Positions 10,771-19,373 of a stretch of 64,000 bases of DNA are shown here, one piece after another. The DNA lies in the NCBI GenBank assembly GCA_965116925.1, contig OZ220744.1, positions 3,104,001 to 3,168,000 of the forward strand, given 5' to 3'. A program made the position numbers and the translations under genes. Below the pieces are notes generated by a model, which saw nothing but the letters and a program-made list of their open reading frames with translations, did no database searches and was not told the DNA's origin. Position 1 is the first letter of the stretch; each line of letters begins with the position of its first letter. This DNA comes from Candidatus Poribacteria bacterium. Lineage in GTDB: Bacteria; Poribacteria; WGA-4E; PCPOR2b.

Positions 10771-12726
10771 ATGGCTGCACCGGAATTTAAGCATCTATTC
10801 ACCCCCCTACAACTCCGCCATGCCACGGTCAAGAACCGTATCGTTACATCGGCACATGCGGATGCGTTGGCGGAAAATGGAATGCCAAAGGAAAAGGCAC
10901 GACGTTACTACGAAGAAAAGGCAAAGGGCGGGGTGGGGCTACTGATGTGTTTCGGCTCGGCAGGGGTGCACCCAACCTCACCGGCGCAGGATTGGAACGG
11001 CGTAGAGTTGTTTGAGGACCGTGTGATTCCGTACCTTGCTGAATTTGCCGACACAATGCACGCTTACGATGTGCCGGTGGTTTCACAGATTACACATCGC
11101 GGACGACGGGGGCGGAGCGTGGATCGGCTGCATCGGATGTATGGTCCCTCTCCTGTCCGCGAACCGAACCACCGCGAAACACCGCACACACTCGATGAGG
11201 AAACGATAACCGAGTTCGTCCAAGCGTTTGCGGATGCAGCGTGGCGATTGAAGCAGGGTAACTTTGACGGCTGCGAAGTGAACGCGAGCCACTGCCATCT
11301 GATTGATCAGTTCTGGACGCAGAACGCAAACCGGCGCACCGACGAATACGGTGGATCACTCCCCAATCGTTTACGTTTCGGGATACGGGTCCTTGAGGCT
11401 ATCCGTGAGCGGTGCGGTGATGATTTCATCATCGGTATTCGTATCACAGGCGATGATTTCACAGAGGGCGGTCTCAACAATTCAATCATGCAAGAGATTG
11501 TGGGAAAACTGGACGCGCTAGAAATCCTCGATTACTTTAGCGTCATCGGGGCGACCGCCGAAACCTTTGTCGGTGAAGCGAAAGCGGTGCCGGACATGAC
11601 CTTCTCACATGCAACATACGCGCCGTTGGCAGCGTCGATTAAGAGAGTAGTGTCCGTGCCGGTCATCACGGCAGGGCGCGTCACACATCCGATGGAAGCG
11701 GAACAGATCGTCGCAAACGAACAGGCGGATCTGGTCATTATGACCCGTGCGATAATCGCTGATCCACAAGCACCGCAAAAGGCGATGGCGGGACAGTTAG
11801 ATGACATCCGGTTGTGTCAAGGCTACAACGAAGGGTGTATCGATCGGATCTACACCGGACGCGGCGTGACGTGCGTACAGAACGCGACGATCGGCAGGGA
11901 GACCGAGTTGGGCGAACTCACACCGGCGGAACAACCTCGCAAAGTGGTGGTGATCGGCGGTGGTCCCGCAGGACTTGAAGCTGCACGCATCGCACGGCGG
12001 CGTGGGCACGAGGTCGTGTTGATGGAAAAGGACAGCGAGTTGGGTGGTCAAACCTTAATCGCTGCCAAAGCCCCACGGCGCGGCGAGTTCTCGGGTGCAA
12101 CGAACTGGATGGGGGAGCAATGCCGAAAAACTGGGGTCGATGTTCGACTCAACTGTGCGGCAACTGTAGAATCAATCCTGAGTGAAAACCCCGATGTCGT
12201 TGTCGTAGCGACCGGGGCACGTCCACTAACGCCGGAAGTACCTGGGGTTGAAAACACAATAGATGCATGGTCTGTCTTGAACGGCGATCTTCCAAAAGGT
12301 GAGCGTATAGCGGTGATTGATGAGGAGTACGGCTTCCAAGGACCCAGTGCTGCGGAGTTACTGCTTGACGCAGGGAAATCTGTGGAGATCATCACAAGCA
12401 TGGAAGCAATCTGCACGCTGCTCGGCGCAACAACGCGCCCGCCAGTCTATCAACGTCTGTTCCACAAAGGGATCGTTATCCACCCGCACCTGCATGTCCG
12501 TGCAATCGAGGATGATACCCTCATCACCGAAAACGCTTGGTCTGAGACAAGGGGGGAGCTGAACGGTTACGACGCTGTAGTCTATGCGTTTGGTGGGCAA
12601 GCGGTCGACAAACTATCTCAGTCGCTCCAAGACGAGGTAACGTGCTTTGTCGTGGGTGATGCCTTCGCACCGCGTACACTCCAACATGCGATTATGGAAG
12701 GGCATACTTTCGCACGGAAAATTTGA
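10771..12726 (+). CDS. NADH:flavin oxidoreductase (OYE barrel + Fe-S + FAD domain; DgcA/StcD/TMADH-like)
   Basis: KNRIVTSAH, RTDEYGGSLPNRLRF, C-x6-C-x11-C cluster motif, GGGPAG; AAGGAGG RBS before ATG 10771. Confidence 0.88.
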   Translation: MAAPEFKHLFTPLQLRHATVKNRIVTSAHADALAENGMPKEKARRYYEEKAKGGVGLLMCFGSAGVHPTSPAQDWNGVELFEDRVIPYLAEFADTMHAYDVPVVSQITHRGRRGRSVDRLHRMYGPSPVREPNHRETPHTLDEETITEFVQAFADAAWRLKQGNFDGCEVNASHCHLIDQFWTQNANRRTDEYGGSLPNRLRFGIRVLEAIRERCGDDFIIGIRITGDDFTEGGLNNSIMQEIVGKLDALEILDYFSVIGATAETFVGEAKAVPDMTFSHATYAPLAASIKRVVSVPVITAGRVTHPMEAEQIVANEQADLVIMTRAIIADPQAPQKAMAGQLDDIRLCQGYNEGCIDRIYTGRGVTCVQNATIGRETELGELTPAEQPRKVVVIGGGPAGLEAARIARRRGHEVVLMEKDSELGGQTLIAAKAPRRGEFSGATNWMGEQCRKTGVDVRLNCAATVESILSENPDVVVVATGARPLTPEVPGVENTIDAWSVLNGDLPKGERIAVIDEEYGFQGPSAAELLLDAGKSVEIITSMEAICTLLGATTRPPVYQRLFHKGIVIHPHLHVRAIEDDTLITENAWSETRGELNGYDAVVYAFGGQAVDKLSQSLQDEVTCFVVGDAFAPRTLQHAIMEGHTFARKI

Positions 12727-13041
12727 CGGTCTAACGGTGCTTCCCATTCGGATAGCTCCTTCTCAATCGTTACGGAACTTAACTTGAAGTGGCGTAATGC
12801 GTCTATGATACGTTGCACATTCTTGGAATTCATGAAAATACCTGCCTACATAATTGGTGGTGGAGGTGGCCTTCCCCCGGTTCAGGCCACCACTCATCCG
12901 GGAACCAAGGAGATTCAGAAAAACCCAATGAGCGGTCCCAAGACCTCCACCATAATATCTTGAACATAAAAGCCCGAATCGGCAATCAGAATAAAAGTGC
13001 TGCCTATAGTTCACACTGGAACAGTAATATACAAAAAAGAA

Positions 13042-13335
13042 TCATAAACGCCCCTTTCGCCGTTGATACCGTGCTTTGGCTCGATCCCTACACCGCTGGC
13101 AGGATTTATACGGTGTGCCATTGCGCTTGACGCCGGGAATCACACGGTTGCCACAGTAGCATCGACCCTGTTCTTGATATTTCACGCGACGCTGGTTGTA
13201 ACCGACAATACAGTTGTCACAACGTTTGTAACCATGACGCACCATCCGGCCACACCAGCAGCGTCCCTGCGCGTGATACCGACGCTGACGGGCTTGGATT
13301 TGCTTAATGTTTGCACAACGTTTGAATTCGCTCAT
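13042..13335 (-). CDS. Small basic Cys-rich protein with two CxC...CxxC zinc-finger repeats (start may extend to TTG 13389)
   Basis: Duplicated motif Y-x2-QGRC(W/Y)CG-x2-V...YK-x-CxxC; Arg-rich. Confidence 0.6.
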   Translation of the reverse strand: MSEFKRCANIKQIQARQRRYHAQGRCWCGRMVRHGYKRCDNCIVGYNQRRVKYQEQGRCYCGNRVIPGVKRNGTPYKSCQRCRDRAKARYQRRKGRL

Positions 13336-13401
13336 GCAGGTAGATGATCTCCCTAACTGGTAGACAATCTGCCTAAAGACAGAATTCAATTATATAAATG
13401 G

Positions 13402-13513
13402 AAAACCCTTCCAACCTTCCTTGATCTCGATTTATCGGCCCCATTCCCCGTCCAAGGGGAGCGGCAGGCAACACCGAGGATGGTGAAGTGGACTCCTGCC
13501 GCAGAAAGGGTTA
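13402..13513 (-). ncRNA. Candidate structured small RNA or 5' leader downstream of a sigma-54 promoter
   Basis: Closing stem AACCCUUUC/GGAAGGGUU, stem GCGGCAGG/CCUGCCGC, stem UCCCC/GGGGA; 5' end matches the expected sigma-54 start. Confidence 0.35.
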
Positions 13514-13524
13514 CTGGATTAATA

Positions 13525-13540
13525 GCATAAACTGTGCCAA
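13525..13540 (-). promoter_or_regulatory. Sigma-54 (-24/-12) promoter
   Basis: TTGGCACAGTTTATGC on minus strand (GG-N10-GC). Confidence 0.75.
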
Positions 13541-13648
13541 CGCTTGATCGAACGAGAGGGGGAACGCTATAGACTGAGGAAACCCTTTGATAGCCTTGTT
13601 TCTGAAGGATACGAGCGAGCGGATAGCGTGATAGTGGATGATTGAAAA

Positions 13649-13766
13649 TGTCGCAAAATGCGACGGAAGAGATAGGCTAAATGGGAGGATATCGGCAAGG
13701 AAGCCTGTAAGGACGCGGGATGCAGGCAATCTGTCGCATAATACGACGGAATCGCATTTTGCGACA
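13649..13766. promoter_or_regulatory. Putative bEBP upstream activator sites (TGTCGCA-N3-TGCGAC-like palindromes at 13649, 13732, 13751)
   Basis: Three related palindromes 110-225 bp upstream of the sigma-54 motif; homologous site at 15299. Confidence 0.55.
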
Positions 13767-13791
13767 ACCGAGAAGCGTTCATTGCCCCAGT

Positions 13792-13946
13792 TTGGTAGGC
13801 GCTGTTTCCAACTGCGCCGATGTGGTCGCGCGTCAAGTTGGTAGGTGCTGTTTCCAACTGCGCCGATGTGGTCGCGCGTCAAGTTGGTAGGCGCTGTTTC
13901 CAACTGCGCCGATGTGGCGTGTCCCATTAATTCTAAGGTCCACTAT
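13792..13946. repeat. Three tandem 46-bp REP units ending in a MITE-A right end
   Basis: Units start at 13792, 13838 and 13884; near-identical. Confidence 0.85.
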
Positions 13947-14025
13947 CTTATTTAGACATCTGCTCGATTATATCGTAAACACTCGACAGAACGCAAGCAT
14001 TCTTGATGTTCGTGGTAGGGCTATT

Positions 14026-14132
14026 TATAGTGAATTCAAAAAATAAAGAAACACTTGCGCCCCCATGTTTGGTAGGCGCTGTTTTCAACTGCGCCGATTT
14101 GGAGTGTCTCATTAATTCTAAAATCTACTATA
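14026..14132. mobile_element. MITE family A copy
   Basis: TA-bounded ends and internal REP. Confidence 0.8.
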
Positions 14133-14434
14133 GTTTTCCGTTTTTTGACCGATTTTGAAATGACCCGAATTCGTAGGCGGCGCAGCCGGTCTCCCCACAG
14201 TTTGTAGTAGCGCAATTCATTGCGCGTTCTTGTGCCAGTTGAACGTCAGCGAAATCCCGCCTGCCTGCTCTCGGCTTGTCGGAGTCCCGATTTATCGGAG
14301 TTGTCAATAGCATCGTTCAGCCGTGTAATCCGTTAATCCGCGTTAATCCGTGATTCAGATGGCTTTGCATCCCGATTTATCGGGGCAATAATATAGGAGA
14401 ATTAAATGACCCTAGTGTTCGTGGGAGGAGCATT

Positions 14435-14542
14435 TATAGTGAATTCAAAAAATAAAGAAACACTTGCGCCACCCCTGTTTGGTAGGCGCTGTTTATAACT
14501 GCGCCGATTTGGAGTGTCTCATTAATTCTAAGGTCCACTATA
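14435..14542. mobile_element. MITE family A copy
   Basis: TA-bounded ends and internal REP. Confidence 0.8.
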
Positions 14543-14765
14543 ATTCTCCAACTGTAGATCCTCGTGGGTACAGGTTTCCCAACCTGTACTTGTGGTGTAG
14601 GTTGAAAATAGTAGCTATACTGCTTTGAATCTAGGCGCATTTATGGAGGCGAATCGGAATGAAGTGGAGTCGGGAACACCGTTAGGAAGAGACGTAGGAG
14701 CAGCGTTGCATTGATGCGACAGGGGCAGGAAGGGGTAAAACGGTAACTTTACCCCTCCTAAAAAT

Positions 14766-15097
14766 TTACTTCAGAATAGTTGCCTTACGAGTTTTGCTGA
14801 AAGCATCTGTTGACAGGGTGTAGAAGTAGACACCGCTTGCTACCGGCTCACCGGAGTCATTTGTCCCATCCCAGTAAACTGACTGTGACTTCGTTTCATA
14901 GCTGCCAGCACGCTGACGTCCCAAGTTAATCTGACAGTATCATCGGCGACACTGATGTTACTAATAGATGTCTCAATCGCGATGGACGAGGTAACGGTCA
15001 AGCAGAAGATACTCACAAGCCCGAATAGGAGAGGAAGCAAGTTTTTAACAACTTTGATACCTTTAATTGTTTTTACTCGATTATACTTTCGTGTCAT
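14766..15097 (-). pseudogene. Internally deleted secreted protein: signal peptide fused out of frame to a FlgD-like/T9SS-type C-terminal tail
   Basis: N-term MTRK...LLPLLFGLVSIFCLTVTSSIA with GGAGG RBS; alternate frame reads QINLGRQRAGSYETKSQSVYWDGTNDSGEPVASGVYFYTLSTDAFSKTRKATILK*, homologous to the C-terminus of 22952-24346. Confidence 0.8.
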
Positions 15098-15150
15098 TAA
15101 ATCATCCTCCGATGTTTAGTTAAGTTTAAGAAATCCTGCCTGACTATAGG

Positions 15151-15166
15151 GCATAAACCGTGCCAA
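15151..15166 (-). promoter_or_regulatory. Sigma-54 (-24/-12) promoter
   Basis: TTGGCACGGTTTATGC on minus strand, about 55 bp upstream of ATG 15097. Confidence 0.78.
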
Positions 15167-15505
15167 CATTTATATAGAAGATGATTCCTAGCGTTTTTGA
15201 CTGGAATTGACGGCTGAAACCCTTTAATAGACGGATCTTTGAAGGATCTGGGCAAGTGGGTGGGAAGTGATAACCGATGGGGGGCGGATGGTTAGAAATG
15301 TCGCAAAATACAACGATTGGAACGGGTTAAACGGGAAAATATCGGCGGGAAGCCTGTAATGACTAGGTGCAATCCACCCCGGTAGGTGCGGTTTGTAACC
15401 ACACCGGTTTGGCGTGTCTCATTAATTCTAAGGTTCACTATAAATCGGTAATCCCGATTTGCCTCCAAAATATGGTAGGCGCGGTTTGAAACCGCGCCGG
15501 CGTCG

Positions 15506-15624
15506 CTAGTACACTGTCAGGCAAATTATGATTGTCTATATGGATTGAGACTCATAATACTTCGTAGGGGTCGGGTCACCCGACCCCCTTGTTGATATGC
15601 AAAACTTATATGACTGAGTACTAG
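15506..15624. mobile_element. MITE family E, CTAG-bounded, 119 bp (second copy 17863-17981)
   Basis: CTAGTACACTGTCA...TGACTGAGTACTAG ends, central GTAGGGGTCGGGTCACCCGACCCC REP; two near-identical copies. Confidence 0.75.
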
Positions 15625-15778
15625 GTTCTGTTGACATTTCATTGCAACCAGACCATCAAGAGGGAGCACAAACACATAATCCTGCGTAGGGGTTGGGGCT
15701 CCCAACCCGTTGTTCGCACGTCAGAAACCATTTCCGACTTTTGTACCACGATCTGTTAGATTGTGATCCCACACTACT

Positions 15779-15917
15779 TAGGAGTTACGCACTTCAGTTT
15801 GTAGTAGCGCAATTCATTGCGCGTTCTTCCCTCCCACTGCTTGCGAGGGGATAGAGGGGGGACGGGCGATGAATCGCCGAACTACAAGGCTTTGACCATT
15901 CAACTGCGTAAGTCCTA
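15779..15917. mobile_element. MITE family D (second copy 54528-54689)
   Basis: TAGGAGTTACGCA...TGCGTAAGTCCTA ends, TACT duplicated on both flanks, internal REPs. Confidence 0.7.
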
Positions 15918-16085
15918 TACTTATGGCAGATTTTGTACCACGATCTGTTAGATTGTGATCCAACCTGCAAACTAACAGTTCGCGCTACTCATGGCAGATT
16001 GTACTTACCCCCAAAACCTAGGCAGCTGAATAAGATAGATTCACTGAGCGGATAGACAATATATTCCATAACCGATGAATTTGGA

Positions 16086-17153
16086 TTAAGGATAATTATA
16101 CAAATTATCCCGTTCGGGAGGCGGTTCTTGAGCGGGCTCTTGGTTCGCCTGAAACTCACGAAGAATACAATTCACAATCTCTTCGCTATACGCTTGTGCA
16201 TCAATACGGTTCTGGTTAGCTTCCCACGTCATTCGAGCCGCAGCCTCAAAATATTCGGAATGCCGGTAGGCGTCTAGAATATCAACCCCGCGTGAAAACG
16301 TGCCATGTCCAACCCAATAGATGATGTGGCGCATTTCGTGCTGTTGATTTGGCGGGAGGTCTTCCCCCTTAAAGAGCCGTAGGCTCTCGTAGGAAAGTTC
16401 AGGGATGCCCGGTGCTCGCTCCTGTACAAAACCGATTCCGCCGGATTTATCGTACATAATCGGGGTTTCTGGTTCGTACCCTCGCAGAAAATCGTAAAAT
16501 CGTGATGCCTCCCCGTGTTCACTCCGAGAGATGAGGTTCAAGAACTTCGGTTGTAGATGTACCAACGCTTTGAAACCCTGCGATTCAAGTTGCTCAAAAA
16601 TTAGCATATAGTGAAACATCTCACTCGTCGGTTTCGGGGGCTTCGTCTGACTTTCGTCGAGCGCAGAGAGCAAAGGCGTACCGAAACGCATGCGATAATG
16701 CACGCCATCATCTTCCACTTCAACAATTGTCAAGTTAAGTGCCGGATGTTCCAAAGCGATCATGTCCAACCGTGAGCCGGACTTTGTCAAAAGCACATGC
16801 CTGCCCGCCAACCCTTTCACGGTAATCGCCGGGGGCAAAGCGTAACGTGGAGATTCATCCCGTGGAAGCAGGCAGGCTTCATCCACTGCGTCGGACAACA
16901 GCGCACCCATGTTACCCGCCGAAGCCCACAGATAGCCATGTGCGTGGGCGTGGCTTCCTACCCAGCCCATCTCCCCAATCAAAACACCCAGTTCGCTGTC
17001 AGAGTCAATAGGTCGTAGGTCGGTTTGATATCCTCGTTCAACCCACTGTCGGTAGCGGTAACTCCTTGCGGGGGGCGGCGATAATTCGTGAGTCAAGTAA
17101 GGGTTTGCTAACATCGATCCGGGCATGATAATTCGTTCCTCTTTCTTCCACAC
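16086..17153 (-). CDS. Class II aldolase/adducin family, divergent rhamnulose-1-phosphate aldolase-like
   Basis: SAGNMG, LLTKSGS, PTSE, ALVHLQP, PET, WVGHG; start may be at a downstream ATG. Confidence 0.7.
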   Translation of the reverse strand: MWKKEERIIMPGSMLANPYLTHELSPPPARSYRYRQWVERGYQTDLRPIDSDSELGVLIGEMGWVGSHAHAHGYLWASAGNMGALLSDAVDEACLLPRDESPRYALPPAITVKGLAGRHVLLTKSGSRLDMIALEHPALNLTIVEVEDDGVHYRMRFGTPLLSALDESQTKPPKPTSEMFHYMLIFEQLESQGFKALVHLQPKFLNLISRSEHGEASRFYDFLRGYEPETPIMYDKSGGIGFVQERAPGIPELSYESLRLFKGEDLPPNQQHEMRHIIYWVGHGTFSRGVDILDAYRHSEYFEAAARMTWEANQNRIDAQAYSEEIVNCILREFQANQEPAQEPPPERDNLYNYP

Positions 17154-17227
17154 TTATAGTGAAGTTCTTTCTGGCTATGCGACAAATATATCACGGTTAT
17201 CCAATTTTATCAATCACTTTCTGAGTC

Positions 17228-17366
17228 AAAAGTAGTAGGCATACTCCGTATGCCGTAACCCCCGTATACCGCTTCAAAAGTAGTAGGCATACTCCGTATG
17301 CCGTAACCTCCGTATACCGCTTCAAAAGTAGTAGGCATACTCCGTATGCCGTAACCCCCGTATACC
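17228..17366. repeat. Tandem 48-bp palindromic repeat, about three copies
   Basis: Units start at 17228, 17276 and 17324. Confidence 0.85.
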
Positions 17367-17629
17367 CGCTAGTGTTGATTTTAAGCGTTCAACTGACCAA
17401 TTCTTAGGTCATTAGAAATATACAAAATGAGGGAATAGATTGTTTTTGCTGGATCAACCCTGATCTTATGATATAATATGACACAAGTTGCTAGTGCTCC
17501 GTCAAATAAATCATGATAAGGCACTCACCGCTCGGATTGGATAGCCATAGCCAAGCCGCTTTGTGGGGAAAGTATCTAAAGGAGCCTTTTGTACCACAAT
17601 CTGTTAGATTGTGATCCGAGCCCGCAAAC

Positions 17630-17831
17630 TATAGTGAATTCAAAAAATAAAGAAACACTTGCGCCCCCCCGGTAGGTGCGGTTTGTAACTGCACCGGTTT
17701 GGCGTGTCCCATTAATTCTAAAATCTACTATAAATGAAGTTTAAGTATTTAAATCGGTAATCCCGATTTGCCTCGAAATATACCCGCGCCGACGTCGCTA
17801 GCAAATTACCGAACTGTTTTTTTATCTTCAT
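17630..17831. mobile_element. MITE A (17630-17732) and MITE B (17734-17831) side by side within one REP loop
   Basis: Flanks rejoin to GCAAACTAACAGTTTGCGCTAC, matching the uninterrupted repeat near 15966. Confidence 0.75.
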
Positions 17832-18066
17832 ACAGTTTGCGCTACATTTATCTGACAATGTACTAGTACACTGTCAGGCAAATTATGATTGTCTATATGG
17901 ATTGAGACTCATAATACTTCGTAGGGGTCGGGTCACCCGAACCCCTTGTTGATATGCAAAACTTATATGACTGAGTACTAGGGCGTGTTGACATTTATGT
18001 GAAGCGTGTCCATAATTCGCCGATAAGTTCAGTCCAAACTGAGCGTGAGTTGATAAGGTGTTAGGG

Positions 18067-18395
18067 ATGAACATCCACGACAGCGGATATAAGGAACTAT
18101 TCTCAAAGAGGTGAAGACGATGTTAGTCACAGCATTAGAGAAGGAGAGGCAGCGTTTTTTTCAAAACGGTTTGCTTGAGGGTGAGCAGAAAGGCAAGCAG
18201 GAAGGCAGAATTGAAGGCAAGCAGGAAGGGCTGCTTGAGGGTGAGCAGAAAGGCAAGCAGGAAGGTAGAATTGAAGAAAAGATTGAAACTGCAAAGGCAA
18301 TGCTAGCTAAGGGAATGGAGATGACGCTCATCTCTGAAATCACAAACCTGTCAGAAGCACAACTTTTGCAGTTGAGAGATGAACTTTCCTCATGA
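18067..18395 (+). pseudogene. Rpn-family (PD-(D/E)XK, YhgA-like) remnant: 15-codon N-terminus plus intact C-terminal small ORF 18120-18395
   Basis: MNIHDSGYKELFS (Rpn N-terminal H-D-x2-(F/Y)-K-x-L-F motif) joined out of frame to EG-rich repeats and ETAKAMLAKGM...ISEITNLS HTH-like tail; GAGGTG SD 6 nt before ATG 18120. Confidence 0.75.
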
Positions 18396-18495
18396 GGTTC
18401 CCAAGATGACCTTAGAGGAATTCCTTGAAAGCGATTTAGAAGGATATGAATACATCGAAGGAGAATTAGTGCCTTTGAATAGCGTTTCATTATAA
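18379..18495 (+). pseudogene. Truncated Uma2-family endonuclease N-terminal fragment
   Basis: MTLEEFLESDLEGYEYIEGELVP is a typical Uma2 start, followed by a stop after 6 unrelated codons. Confidence 0.65.
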
Positions 18496-18609
18496 AAATC
18501 CCGCTTCCCGAAATAAAACTTGATGGAATTGATGTTTGCGTGTATCATTTCCGTCTGAGCTTTGGAAAGAATAGGCAATCTGTTAATTGGAAGCGTGGCT
18601 AGGCGTAAA

Positions 18610-19230
18610 ATGGATCCTTCCCAAATGAAACCCAAAATATCAGGAATCATCCTCGCCGCGGGGCTGTCCACCCGCATGGGTGAACCCAAGCAACTCCTTC
18701 CTTTCGGCGATAGTACAATTATCGAAACCGTGATCGATAATCTGCTTGGATCCAAACTGAACGAAGTGATCGTTGTCGTTGGACACGAGGCCGAGAGGGT
18801 TCAAGCACATATCCGGCACAAACCTATCGAAATCGCATTCAACCCCGATTATCAGGAGGGCATGCTGACCTCTGCACAGTGCGGTGTGGGGGCAATTTCA
18901 GCGTCCGCCGATGCGTTTGCAATAACACTGGTAGATTTACCGCTCATCACGCCGGATCTGGTTAATCTGGTTATTGATACATACGTCCAAACAGAAGGCG
19001 GCATAGCGGTGCCAAGTTATAACTATCGTCGCGGGCATCCGGTAATTTTTGACCGACACTACGCTGCCGACATCCTTGCACTGGATGAGGATAGCGGCGG
19101 AGTTCGGTCGCTTTTCAAAAAATATGCAGATGACATCCACTATGTGACTGTTGATACCGACCAAGTATTGATGGATATCGACTATCGGACAGATTACGAA
19201 GAAGCATTACGAAAATCCGCGTCTCCGTGA
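18610..19230 (+). CDS. Molybdenum cofactor cytidylyltransferase-like nucleotidyltransferase (MocA/NTP_transf_3)
   Basis: IILAAGLSTRMGEPKQLL, NPDYQEGMLTS, RGHPVIF, DID. Confidence 0.88.
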   Translation: MDPSQMKPKISGIILAAGLSTRMGEPKQLLPFGDSTIIETVIDNLLGSKLNEVIVVVGHEAERVQAHIRHKPIEIAFNPDYQEGMLTSAQCGVGAISASADAFAITLVDLPLITPDLVNLVIDTYVQTEGGIAVPSYNYRRGHPVIFDRHYAADILALDEDSGGVRSLFKKYADDIHYVTVDTDQVLMDIDYRTDYEEALRKSASP

Positions 19231-19246
19231 GGATGAGGAAACCAAT

Positions 19247-19348
19247 TATAGTGAATTCAAAAAATAAAGAAACACTTGCGCCCCCCGGTAGGTGCGGTTT
19301 GTAACCGCACCTGTTTGGCGTGTCCAATTAATTCTAAAATCTACTATA
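19247..19348. mobile_element. MITE family A copy
   Basis: TA-bounded ends and internal REP. Confidence 0.8.
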
Positions 19349-19373
19349 AAACCTAACCGTAAAAGGATAGTAA

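Noticed and set aside
17228..17366. Possible CRISPR array (also 7955-8188 and 13792-13946)
   Set aside because: The intervening sequences are identical or absent rather than unique spacers, the units are GTAG-REP hairpins, and no cas genes are present
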